DNA from: Mustelus asterias
Lineage: Eukaryota
NCBI RefSeq assembly: GCF_964213995.1
Contig: NC_135811.1
Location: forward strand, 48,918,001 to 48,982,000
Direction of reading: 5' to 3'
Length of the DNA: 64,000 bases
Shown here piece after piece: positions 11,909 to 23,268 of this stretch (position 1 is its first letter; each line of letters begins with the position of its first letter). Below the pieces are notes generated by a model, which saw only the letters and a program-made list of their open reading frames with translations, was not told the DNA's origin and searched no databases. Made by a program: the position numbers and the translations under genes.

Positions 11909-12662
11909 GTGAGTGCGTTGAATTTATAAGTGACATACTCCCAAAGTACAACCGGGGGAAGCCTTCTTCCCAATGGGATCAGGTATTCCTTTGCAATGTG
12001 TTTTGAACTGCGGTGCCTTAACTGTTGCACTGATGCCATGGAAGTTGGAGCATAATCATTGGCGGCACCATTAATATTAGAACTGAGCACGGGCCTTAAG
12101 ATTCTGTGAGAAGAAAGTGTTGTAAATGAAAGAAAAACAATTTAACTTATTTTGTTCTTGAATCTCCTGCTTGAACTCATCACTTGCCAATACAGTGAAT
12201 CACGGTCCAAGTCTCTCTGTTCTTTGACAACACTCTGAAAATTCTTTGTGTGTGTATGGGCAATATTTTAGTTGTATATCCCTTTTACATTTACATTTGC
12301 GGGAGGTGCGGGGGGGCGGGGAGGGGGGAGTAACCTGGAACTTGTGGAATGGGAGCACAAAGAAAGGTGATTTTTAAAAAAAAGCCCTTTTATTGGGAGC
12401 TATCCAATTTGTCCTTTTGAACCCTCAACTCTTCATCTATGAGCTAGAATAGAACCACTGCTGAAGCCATTGAAAATCCTTTACTGCAAGGAGAGTGCAG
12501 CAATGGACTCCAGCAGTGCGAGGTCACTAATGACCTCACACTATCACACAAGATGAGAATAAGGGGCTAATAAGACCAAGGACAAATTGCTGTGCCAACC
12601 CTCACAACACAACAAAACCAACCCAATTCGATTTGCCCGCTGAGTCGGTGTGAAGTCCCAGG

Positions 12663-13160
12663 TAAAAAAGCAAATTACTGCGGATGCTGGAATCTGAAAC
12701 CAAAAGAGAAAATGCTGGAAAATCTCAGCAGGTCTGACAGCATCTGTAAGGAGAGAAAAGAACTGACGTTTCAAGACCAGATGACCCTTTGTCAAAGCTG
12801 AAAGGTATTGAAAGTGGGAAATATTTATACTGTAGGGTGGGGGAATGAAAGATGAGTTATAGCCACAAAAACAATGGGAAAGGCTGCTAATGGCTGTCCA
12901 TAGAGATAATAGAAGATGTGAATGGCCAAACGGCAGAGAAGCTGAAATCAGAGGGTAAACTGTGACAGATGAAGATGTGGGGGAAGGGGGGAGATGAGTG
13001 GGAGAGAGGTAAAATTGAGTAAAAGGGAGAGAAAAGGTAAGAAAAGGGGAGATAAAAAAGGGGGAAAGAGTGGGAAGGAAGAAAAATAAAGACAATAAAG
13101 AAATAAAAGGTAGAGAACAGTTAAAAATTAAATAAAGTGAAAACAAAGGGTTCGAGATGG
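12663..13160 (-). mobile_element. 3' part of a second PLE-related repeat family (degenerate hammerhead-like motif, pyrimidine-rich tract)
   Basis: Reverse strand TTGACAAAGGGTCATCTGGTCTTGAAACGTCAG...CCTGCTGAGATTTTCCAGCATTTTCTC..GATTCCAGCATCCGCAGT. Related fragments at ~30990-31110, ~31650-31720 and ~31990-32110. Confidence 0.6.
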
Positions 13161-14595
13161 GAAAGTCCCAGGTTCTCTGCTCAAGCTGCCATGGCAACAT
13201 CAGAGTCAGGTGGGAGGTTTGTAATTAAGTAGTTGACTTAACTTGGCTTCAACCCATTCACAAATTGGGGACTAAAATGTCACAGTCAGCACTTAACTGT
13301 TTTGCACTGAACTTAGTGAGTGCGGAACAGTCCGCTCTACTTAATTCATTTGCAAGTTGGAGAAAATTTTGCCCTGCAGCTTTCACGTTGCTGGAGCAAG
13401 TTCTCCTTTTCGACTGTGAGTGAATGATTCTGTAGTTTGTGGTGCAGGCCGTTGTTTCACAACCTTAAATTGGTTTCTGGAATCTGGAGTGAAATATTAT
13501 ACTCTAGCGATCAGGAGGTAGTTACTAATTAGTCTGTTACTAATTATCGTTGGCCCAAAACCACTCAGGAACTGGATCGGAGTGCAGTGACTACACCTTA
13601 AATAAAACCTGGCCACAAATGGAACATTAATTCAGAACAATCTGGGCACACCTTCTTGGCAGTTTCGAATGCCGTTCTCCGTATCTAAGGAGCAGCTTCA
13701 AGTGTTGAGAAATCACAATTTGGATTCTGAATTGATTCGACTTACAAATCCTTCCATACATCCAAGAAACCTGTCGAGGTCAGTCTCCTGACAGCCCGTT
13801 TTCCTGCTATAATCATCCGGAGCATTTCTGGATATTTCTGATTTATTTTCTTGAGAGAAGAATGGGTGTGAAACTCTTGGTGGCATCAGGAAACGTAGGA
13901 CTCTGTGCAGTACTGCAAGCAAAGGAACTCTACAGACCTCTTTTAGTTTGAACTCTTAGAGCGATGGGCTGGAGAGGGCTTGGGGGAGGGGGGGAGAGGG
14001 TGGGTGGGAGGGGGAGTTAAGGGGTGGGATGATATGAGGCACTATGGCAGCAGAGATCTTCAACTGGTTTACCAGCTGCTTGCCAACCGACTGAGCAGCA
14101 AGTTGGCGGGAAGTAGTTGCTCATTGCTAAATCTGGGTAGCAGCAGACTCAGGGAGCTAGGATATGGTCCCTGACCCCTGGTAAGTAGATCAATGGAGCT
14201 CAACAGGAAAAAACACAGGCCTGGCAAGGAAGGGGAAAGCTCAGCTTAAGTGGGGGGGGGGGGGGGGGCAAAACAGCCTTCTAGGACCCAAATGATTACT
14301 CCTGCTCCTGAGGAAGGAATTAAAAATATTAAAATCACCTTGCCACACTTCATTGTGAACCTGTCAGTTGTCCCTGGCAGGTTTGGCCTTGCTGAAGGAG
14401 GGGGTGGTCAGGAGGCTGGGTGGGTTTCATCACTGCTCTTCTGCTCAGAACCCTATTTAAAATAACAGATCCAGCCATAATTGTGCAATTAAAATGCAAC
14501 AAATGCTAAAGGAGACCCTGGCGACCTCTGTCAGATCCGAATCTTTAAAATCACAGTAGGTTGGATCTGGGCAGGAAAGGGGTGAAATTAATTAT

Positions 14596-14761
14596 GAGGT
14601 GGAGATGCCGGCGTTGGACTGGGGTAAACACAGTAAGAAGTCTCACAACACCAGGTTAAAGTCCAACAGGTTTATTTGGTAGCAAAAGCTACCAAAAGCT
14701 CCTGGCTTTTGCTCCCAAATAAACCTGTTGGACTTTAACCTGGTGTTGTGAGACTTCTTAC
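14596..14761 (-). mobile_element. Hairpin mini-PLE insertion
   Basis: Tail plus inverted arms CAGTAAGAAGTCTCACAACACCAGG.../...CCTGGTGTTGTGAGACTTCTTACTG; TSD TGAAATTAATTAT. Confidence 0.88.
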
Positions 14762-14803
14762 TGAAATTAATTATAACAGCCCCTCTCTGCCTGATCTCTA
14801 AAG

Positions 14804-15030
14804 ACAGTAAGAAGTTTAACAACACCAGGTTAAAGTCCAACAGGTTTATTTGGTAGCAAAAGCCACACAAGCTTTCGGAGCTCTAAGCCCCTTCTTCACC
14901 TGAAGAAGGGGCTTAGAGCTCCGAAAGCTTGTGTGGCTTTTGCTACCAAATAAACCTGTTGGACTTTAACCTGGTGTTGTTAAACTTCTTACTGTGTTTA
15001 CCCCAGTCCAACGCCGGCATCTCCACATCA
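14804..15030 (+). mobile_element. Hairpin mini-PLE: perfect 95-bp inverted repeat, 35-nt tail, hammerhead-like motif
   Basis: Arms 14804-14898 and 14901-14995; tail 14996-15030; TSD TGATCTCTAAAG; CTGAAGA-A-GGGGC-TTAGA-GCTCC-GAAAGCTT at 14900-14930. Confidence 0.9.
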
Positions 15031-16164
15031 TGATCTCTAAAGGTCAGTAGGGAGTAGGGGTGTGGTGATGTGGGGAGGGGGATTGGGGGGTGGGGCGGGA
15101 TTGGGGTGAGGACTGAGGAGAGGGGAAACTAGAATCAAAGCAGTGAAGATATGAAAATCTACCGGGTAGATATGGTTGGTAAAAATCTGGAAGAGGTTTT
15201 GAATTGTAGTTTAGCACAATGCTACATTGTAGTTGGAACGGATCAGACAGCAAAGCTGAAGATGTTTTGATGCAGTCATCTTAAGATTTTCTACAAATGA
15301 GGTGAAGGAAGGTATAACATTGCAAGCAGCTGCCAAAGGAGTATTTTCTTCAAGATGTGAAATTATCAGTAGAAATTCAAATACTTCTAATGGTGGCCAC
15401 AGTGAAAAAAAGATCAAGTTGGATGATGTGATTATGGAGAGTAACCACGTTCTGGCAAACTTGGAATGACACCAGGAAAGTTAAAACAAGACATTCTGAT
15501 AATGCACCGTGTGGCTATTAAGTATTAACATATGTGGATAGGTCCCAAATGAAGATGTGTCATTACCTCTGGTGCAGACCACTGAATAACAATTATGGAA
15601 TAAGCTTGAAGTCCTGTTGCAGGTTGCCAGGCTTGGAATTTGCTTTGTTCATTCTGCAGTGTGACCGAAACTACTGAAGGCACAGCTGACAGCATGCCGG
15701 TCTCCACCCACTACTTCCTCGTGATCAGACTATTATGACTTGTTCCAGAAGAATGTGTATGTGGCATTTAATTATGCTTAAATGACTTTAAACAAATTAT
15801 TGAATTCCAGCATGTGCTTTGGTAAATGGGAGAACATTTTTCACAGCCATTTGAAAGCATAATTGCTTACAACCTGCAGGATATTACTGCTATCTGATAT
15901 GCTTCCGGCGCCTAAAAGATACTTCCAATTATGTCCATTGAATTGGAGTCCCTAGTGACTGCTCAGTTCCTTCAGTCAATAAGGTATGATTTCAGAGTTG
16001 GTGAACATAATTTTATTTGTGGTTTCCTAACTTACTCTTCCAAGTTGCACTAATTTTCTTCCAATTCTGTTTTTCAGGGAAAGTGAAGACTCAATGCTAA
16101 AATTCCAATTGACCCCAAAACAGAGCTTGGCGATCATGGCAAATAACTAATCCACATCCGTTCA

Positions 16165-16615
16165 CAGTAATGCAGGCAGCAGGCAACTTTTGTACTACCT
16201 GTTAACCCATATTTTAAAATTTTTAATTTCTAAACTTTTTAAATTAAACTTTTAATTTTTTAAAATTAAAATTAAAATGTAAAATTTTAATTTTTCAATT
16301 TTAATTTGTGCCACATGTTAAACCACATCTGTACATAGTAATGCAGGCAGCAGGCAACTTTTTGTTCTACCTGTTAACCCATATTTTAAAATTTTTAATT
16401 TCTAAACTTTTTAAATTAAACTTCTAATTTTTATAAATTGAAATTTAAAATTTAAACTTCAAATTTTAATTTGTCAATTTTAATTTGTGCTGCATGTTAA
16501 ACCATATCTGTACATAGTAATACAGATAGCAGGCAACTTTTGTGCTACCTGTTAACCCATATTTAAAATTTCTAAATTTTTAATTTAAAAAAATTAAATG
16601 TTTAATTTTTAAAAA
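16165..16615. repeat. AT-rich tandem repeat, ~170-180 bp unit, about 2.5 copies
   Basis: AGTAATGCAGGCAGCAGGCAACTTTTGT..CTACCTGTTAACCCATATTT followed by TTTTAA-rich tracts recurs at ~16166, ~16337 and ~16516. Confidence 0.9.
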
Positions 16616-17951
16616 TGCGTTGAGTGGGCAGCAGCCAGGTGGTGGTGGTGGTGGTTCCCTGCAGGTTGAGGGCTGACCTCAGTTATGCCGCAGAGGGCTC
16701 TGATGCGGGATTCAGTGGGGGAGTGTGCAGAAATGCATTGAGGGCCGCGCTTAGTACATTGGGCAGCCCTGTTACAGAGCTTATTTCCACTACCAAGGTA
16801 CAGGGAAGAGTCAGGCACCAACATGGCACGGCCCTTATCACTACACAGTGCCTTTCCAGTTGATCCATGAGGCACAGAGATTTATGTTGTATTTTATTTG
16901 ATTTTTTTTTCATTTGCGCAGAGCTTGGATCCCATTCTTCTGCGTGTGGGAATGGTGGCTAACTTCATGAGAGCACCTGACAATGATTATTACAGGGTCT
17001 GATGGCCCAGGTCTCAGCTTCCTTCTCAGAGCAAGCTGAAACCACCCAACGTCTGAGCGTTCCACTGAAAGCTCCGACTGGGATCGCCCTCAGCCTCCCT
17101 GTTCCTCTGAGACCTGAGCTTACTGCCATGCCGGCTCATACTGCTGCTGCCATGGTGACAGATACCAGTGCTCAAAGAGGTTTTCGGGATCTTACAGCAG
17201 TCCAGCAATCTGCTCTCCAGCAGGTTACTGGGATTGCTGAGACACCACCCCCAAGGGGCTGTGGCGGTGCCTCCGTGGAGCCTGAACCCGCTGTCCACTG
17301 CTTGGTTCTTCCACTGTCACCCCGCCAGCGCCCCCGGTGATGCCTTGTCAGCCATCCAGATTTCTGCCATCTGTGCCAAGATGGTGCAGCATGAAGCCGG
17401 GCCTTCTAGGCCTTGGGCTGCATGAGAGTGTGCTACATGTCCACCAGCAGTCTTCCCCAGTGACAGTAGGCAGCCACTCTACAGCTGCTGGGGTGTTACT
17501 GCATAGGAGCAGTGGAGCAGGCCTTCACCAAGGAAATGAGCAAGGATGATTAATTGCTTTGTGTCTATTATTAGAAGTTTAATTGAATAAGGTTGGCTTG
17601 GGTTGTTATATTCTGGTAGCTTTTATTTCGGTGTTCTGACCAAGCAGGTGCTGTGGTAATCCCGACCAAGTGTGGGTATAATGGAGGTATAATGGAGATT
17701 TTGAGTTCTGTTCATAGGTTCTGTAGAGGTATTGGTGACACAGCAGAGGAGGAACTTGGTGCTTATTAACACAAGGAGGATAAAATGTGTTACTTGTTTT
17801 ACTTGGTTTGACAATAATACTGGGAAGAGGGGTTGCAGAATTTTAAATTGTGGAGGGTATCCCTGGATAGAACAATATGGAGTCTGAGAGCATTGATGGA
17901 CGGGTACAGGTATCTAACAACAATGGGACAAGGGATGTCTGGCAGAATAAG

Positions 17952-18247
17952 TTTAAGTTTTATTTATTAGTGTCACAAGTAGGCTTCCATTATCGCTGCA
18001 ATGAAGTTACTGTGAAAATCCCCTAGTCGCCGCACTCTGGCGCCTGTTCGGGCATACTGAGAGAGAATTTAGCATGGCCAATGCACCTAACCAGCATGTC
18101 TTTCGGACTGTGGGAGGAAACCGGAGCACCCGGAGGAGACCCACACAGACACAGGGAGAATGTGCAAACTCCACCCATGCCGGGAATTGAACCCAGGCTC
18201 CTGGTGCTGTGAGGCAGCAGTGCTAACCACTGTGCCACTGTGCCGCC
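17952..18247 (-). mobile_element. HE1-like V-SINE (type B)
   Basis: Full head, core and tail on the reverse strand. Confidence 0.9.
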
Positions 18248-18511
18248 TGAATAAGGATCTAGAATGTGGCCTAACAAAAGGGGGATGAGTGGGATTAGAT
18301 TGCACATGGATGAAGATTTAGTTGCACTGTGTGAAGATTTTAATCGCACTTATCACCACAAATCGCACTTATCTCCAGTTGCCCCGTGAGGCTTAGAGAT
18401 TTATGTTGTGTTTTATTAGATTTTTTTGCATTTGTATATTGGGCAAAAGTAGGGGAAGGTTACAGTGTCATCAAATCATTTTCACAATGTTTGTCCTGCT
18501 GTTCTCTTTAG

Positions 18512-18655
18512 CACCTGTTGGGAGTATTATTAGCAATCGCTATTCCACAAGAGTGGCGGTGATTCTTGGAGGGGTGTTGGCTTCTGCTGGCCTCATTCTC
18601 AGCTCATTCGCTACTTGCCTGGAGTACCTCTATCTATCGCTGGGAGTCCTGACAG
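18512..18655 (+). CDS. SLC16A12: SLC16A12 coding exon 3
   Basis: CTCTTTAG|CA; [48 protein letters not shown]; G|GTAGGA. Confidence 0.95.
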
Positions 18656-18983
18656 GTAGGAATTATAACTGCTGTATAAATTTGGTTGACTGCTGCAAAG
18701 CCTTCAGAGGCACTCTTAGATCGGGAAAGGTTGGAAAAGCAGAGACAATGGGAACAGCACTTACAAAGTTGAAGAGCTATCGAGGTAACTTCCTGCCTTG
18801 CACCATGAGGTGAAATGGTGAGTGTTCCCTTGTATCTTGAAAATTTTGATCAAATCACCCCTTAACTTTCTAAATCACAGCAAATGCAGCCCTGGTTTGT
18901 GTAATCCCTCGCAATTTAATAATTGCAGTTCGGTATGCATTCTGGTAAATCTATACTGAGCTCTCTCCACAGCCAACAAATAT

Positions 18984-20008
18984 GGGGGCGATTCTCCCAG
19001 CAGACCAGTGCAACCGGCCGGGAGACATAAGCAGAGGCCGTGTAGAGAGCTTCCTGTTGGGCGCCAAGGCCTTCGTGTGCCTCCGCCCGCCGGATTTCCA
19101 GCGTCGTCAGCTCTGTGCCAATCGACGCGGAGCTGCTGTAAATATTTAAATTCAAATTTGAATGTGATTAGTGGGCCCGGGACTGAAGTTCTTGGGACCG
19201 CTATCCACCCCCGCCCAGCCCCAGTCCCAGCGAGGAGTGTTTCTCTCCAGTGGGGTTTACAACAGCTCCCCACTAGCAGGGGGCTGGCAGTCCGACCCCG
19301 CTGGAGTGAAGGAAGGCCATGGAGGCCCCCAGGAGGTTGGGGTAAGGGAGGGGTGCCACCTGGGCATTATCAGCCTGGCAGCGCCAGCCTGGCCCCCTGA
19401 CACTGCCCAAGGGGCAAAGTGGCGATGCCCAGGGGGCACCTTGGCACTGCCCACCAGGCATTCGGCAGTGCCAAAGCGGGCGGGGCCAGAGGGGCGGGTT
19501 TAATGGAGGGGCAGGGCTTCTGGGGGGGAGATTGGTGGGGGTGGGGGGGGGTCCCACCGCCACTCTGCATTTGGGATTAGTGACTGAGGGAGGGAAGGGG
19601 TGATTGGGGCTGGCCATCGGGGTGGCGGGGGAGGGGGAGTGGTCAGCATGCGGGGGAGGGGGGTCGGGACTGCGGGGGAGTCAGCGATCAGGGGGTGGAG
19701 GGGCACGATAGGGGGTCATGGGGCTGCCCAGCGATCGGGCGGCTGGCAGTGTGGGGCTACTGCACATGTGCCGATCTCCGCTATGACGGATTGATGCATG
19801 CGCAGTGGCCCGCTCAGCGCTATGCTGCCAGCCTCTGGGGCAGGAATGGGTTCCATCCACTGATTTCTAACAGGATTCACACTAGGGCTTTCTGTGATAC
19901 ACAGTGTGGGAGATTCATTTTGAAAATCCTGCTGAAAAAAAGCAGCGTAATTTACTCCAGTTTTTACGTGAATTCGGCATTTGGAATATTTTTGGGAGAG
20001 TTCCACCC
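18984..20008. mobile_element. ~1 kb non-autonomous PIF/Harbinger-type element
   Basis: TAT|GGGGGCGATTCTCCCA...TGGGAGAGTTCCACCC|TAT with a GC-rich interior. Related sequence lies at ~37330-38050 and ~40700-41930. Confidence 0.7.
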
Positions 20009-20506
20009 TATGGGCCCGATTTTACCAAAACCTCCGGGAGCGCAATCGCGATAAAGTTGGGCGTCGGGCCTATACTGCGATCTGCACCCGATTCCGAGCA
20101 GATCCTGTCTTCACCGATACCCAATCAGGCGGCCCGACGATTTAAATGCATTAGCATGCATTTAAATCGACTTAATGAACCGCGTGCCCAACCCTACCGC
20201 CAAATCCCACTTTACCGTCTTCTGGCCCGTTCCGAATCCGCGCTTTTAGCGAACTGCCGAATAAAAGTCTGAAGCGGGTTTCTATTCTGCAGGGGAACCT
20301 CCGAAGCCCTCTCTGCCCTTGTGAAGTCACCATCCTCCTTGACCATCCTTCGTGGACCCCCCTGCTAACCACCCCGGCAGACCACCCCCCACTCCGGATC
20401 AGACCCCCCTGGGAGGCAGGGCCCCCTCGGCAGAGCACACCCCCAACCAACCTCGATCGCTGGTCTCCCTCCCCATCCTTCCGTTAGCAAGATAAGCTGT
20501 ATGTTC

Positions 20507-20633
20507 CTCAGCTAGATCCACTTTGGTCAACACAAAGATGGTCCTTCTGCCTTGTGGGTCCATCTGGCTCACCAAGTCAGTTACAATACTGTGTTCAGCA
20601 TCTACTGAACCATCTTGGATACAAGGGATAATG
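20507..20633 (-). pseudogene. OPA1: OPA1 (dynamin-like GTPase) processed fragment, inverted segment
   Basis: Reverse strand [42 protein letters not shown] matches the OPA1 G-domain, including the G4 TKVD motif. Confidence 0.9.
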
Positions 20634-20634
20634 A

Positions 20635-20824
20635 ATGGTACTGGTCGATCTTCCTGGTGCTATCAGTACTGTAACACCAGGAATGGCTGCCGACACCAAG
20701 GATATAAGTTTTAGCATAAGCAAGGCTTACATGCAGAACCCTGATGCCATTATCCTTTGTATCCAAGATGGTTCAGTAGATGCTGAACGCAGTATTGTAA
20801 CTGACTTGGTGAGCCGGATGGACC
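20635..20824 (+). pseudogene. OPA1: OPA1 processed fragment, forward segment
   Basis: [63 protein letters not shown] versus human [63 protein letters not shown] (recalled); contains G3 DLPG. Confidence 0.93.
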
Positions 20825-21585
20825 GTCACACCCCCTCTCCTTCCCCCGCCCTCCCCCCCGCCCCACCAGAAGGTGATCTGGGTCCTGCCCCCTCTCCTCC
20901 TTCCACCCTCCCCCCCCCAACCCCCGTGATGATCTGGGTCAGAGAGCTGCTCTCTTGTTTTTTTCTCCCTGCCCGGGCGCGCTGCTTCGGATTTTTTTCC
21001 AACTGCGCATGCGCAGTTCAGAGCTCTGATCATCCCGACAGCGCTAAGCCCCGCCCACAGCACGAATCGGACCGGAGCCGGTAAAACGCGTATGGGCGCA
21101 CTGGAAAGAGGATTCCAGGTGCGGACCTATTTGATGTCCAGATTCGGCACTTGGACTCAAAATGGTAAAATCAGGCCCTATATCTTTCCTAAGGTGTGGT
21201 GCCCAAAATTGCTCTAAGTATGACCTAAATGCATTTTATGTAACTATAGCATGATTTCTATCGCTTTGTATTGGAGATATAAAAACCAGCATTCCATTAG
21301 CCTCTCTGGTTACTTGCTCTACGTATTCATGTTTTTTTATAATGATGTGTATACCTGGAACAACCCAAAGATCTTTTGGAACCTTTGCTGTTTCCAGCTT
21401 TTCTCTACTTCACAAAGGCCCTGTTTAATCCTCTTTAGGTGCAGAGTGCATGATGCCACATTTGCCTGCATTGGGATCAATTATACCTGAAATCATATTT
21501 GAAAAGGCTAAGCAATTAGTGACACTCCCTTTATCGATCCCCGCTACCTTGCATTTTTTTTTACATTTCAAATGTAAATTGAATA

Positions 21586-21919
21586 TCATAGAATCCATAG
21601 AATAGAAGAGAATTCTGACAGTACAGGAGGGCATTCGGCCCATCGAACCTGCACCGACAACAATCCCACCCAGGCCCTATCCCCGTAACCCCATGTATTT
21701 ACCCTGCTAATCCCTCTGACACTAAGGAGCAATTTAGCATAGCCAACCAACTTAAGCTGCTCATCTTTGAACTGTGGGAGGAAACCGGAGCACCCGGAGG
21801 AAACCCACACAGACATGGGGAGAACGTGCAAACTCCACACAGTCACCCAAGGCCGGAATTGAACCTGGGTCCATGGCACTGTGAGGCAGCAGTGCTAACC
21901 ACTGTGCCACCGTGCCGCC
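21586..21919 (-). mobile_element. HE1-like V-SINE (type A)
   Basis: Full head, core and ATTCTATG tail on the reverse strand. Confidence 0.9.
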
Positions 21920-22014
21920 AATCCAGCCAACATGGATGGCTTAGCACAAGGGTAAAGAAGAGTTGAAAGGAGGGCATGCGCTACCGTAGTGGCCTCAATG
22001 CTGACAAACTCGGG

Positions 22015-22295
22015 TGGGGTGGCACGGTGGTTAGCACTGCTGCTTCACAGCGCCAGGGACCCGGATTCAATTCCTGGCTTGAGTCTCTGTCTGTGTGGAG
22101 TTTGCACATTCTCCCCGTGTCTGCGTGGGTTTCCTCCGGTTGCTCCGGTTTCCTCCCACATTCTGAAAGATGTGCTGGTTAGGTGCATTGACCTGAACAG
22201 GCGCCGGACTGTGGCGACTTGGGGAATATCACAGTAACTACATTGCAGTGTTAATGTAAGCCTTACTTGTGACGAATAAGTAAACTTTTTTTTAA
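22015..22295 (+). mobile_element. HE1-like V-SINE (type B)
   Basis: Head GGGGTGGCACGGTGGTTAGCACTG and type B tail. Confidence 0.9.
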
Positions 22296-22813
22296 ACTCC
22301 TGGTTCTCCCCACCCTCAACATAGGCATTAATGCCCCTGAAGAGAGGTGATGACTCCCACTGTTTGGTTTAATAGTTAAAGGGATTGAGCGATTTGTGCA
22401 CAGAATTGGGTTGGATCAAAAAAAAGGACACTTATTTAAATGCTGTTGTAAAAGTCATTGACATGCAAAGAAACTTGTGCACCTTGTACAACTAGTGTCC
22501 AGTGATCAGGATCTGAACTGACTGTGCATGCAGTCTTTGCACCATTGGACTGCTCCACTTACCTCACTGTATTGGTGGACAATCCAACTAGCAGACCCCT
22601 GAAGTTTCTTGTGGACTCCTACATGACCTCTATTTGAGAACCCCCTGCTTAGGTTACTGGTGGTGGAAAGCTGAAAGTGAAAGCACCTGGATAAAGGAGT
22701 AGGTATTGTGAATTATAAAATAATTGAGTATTTAATTGTGTTCAGGGAGTGGACAGTAACTGGGGATTTACTTTGGGGATTCGCTTGTGCTTCTCTATAT
22801 TTAAGTAATTACC

Positions 22814-23098
22814 AGGGGGCACAGGTTTAAGGTGTGAGGAGCAAGGTTTAAAGGGGATGTACAAGGCAAGTTTTTTACACAGAGGGTGGTGGGTGCCTGG
22901 AACTCGCTGCCGGGGGAGGTAGTGGAAGCAGATACGATAGTGACTTTTAAGGGGCATCTTGACAAATACATGAATAGGATGGGAATAGAGGGATCTGGTC
23001 CCTGGAAGGGTAGGGGTTTTTTAGTTCAGTGGGGCAGCATGGTTGGTGCAAGCTTGGAGGGCTGAAGGGCCTGTTCCTGTGCTGTAATTTTCTTTGTT
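22814..23098 (+). mobile_element. CR1/HER1-type LINE 3' end
   Basis: GHRFKV...FFTQRVVGAWNSLPGEVVEA-like coding remnant, followed by GGGCTGAAGGGCCTGTTCCTGTGCTGT tail. Confidence 0.88.
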
Positions 23099-23268
23099 CT
23101 AAATTGCTGCCGGGTTGTTGGGTTAGAAGTTACAGGTTCGTAATGTATATTTCGGTAACTCAAACCTATGAAGTGTGTAAAGATTAGGCTGTAGCTTTTT
23201 TTCTTTATCACCTGGCTTCTGGAGTGAAACATGCCGCTTAATAAAAAAATAATTGTTCCCTGTTGCAG

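Larger units (their letters stand above)
20012..21178. mobile_element. Non-autonomous PIF/Harbinger-type element carrying OPA1-derived sequence
   Basis: TAT|GGGCCCGATTTTACCA...TGGTAAAATCAGGCCC|TAT. It shares internal motifs (ATTTAAATGCATT.GCATGCATTTAAAT; TAAGCCCCGCCCACAGCACGA) with the element at 51823-52793. Confidence 0.85.

Noticed and set aside
12544-13200. 218-aa hydrophobic ORF as a membrane protein
   Set aside because: It is the translation of a pyrimidine-rich low-complexity tract within a repeat
14596-15030. Repeated palindromes as a CRISPR-like array or miRNA cluster
   Set aside because: There is no repeat-spacer periodicity. The sequences match PLE ends and have TSDs.
20635-21084. 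149-aa ORF as a real OPA1 exon or a novel dynamin-like gene
   Set aside because: Only the first 63 aa are OPA1 and the rest is MITE sequence. There is no P-loop, no flanking splice sites, and it lies inside another gene's intron.
21976-22237. Recurring short ORFs (WLALLPHSARD..., VSSGCSGFLPQ...) and tRNA-like heads as genes
   Set aside because: All are translations or Pol III heads of V-SINE copies. No complete tRNA cloverleaf is present.
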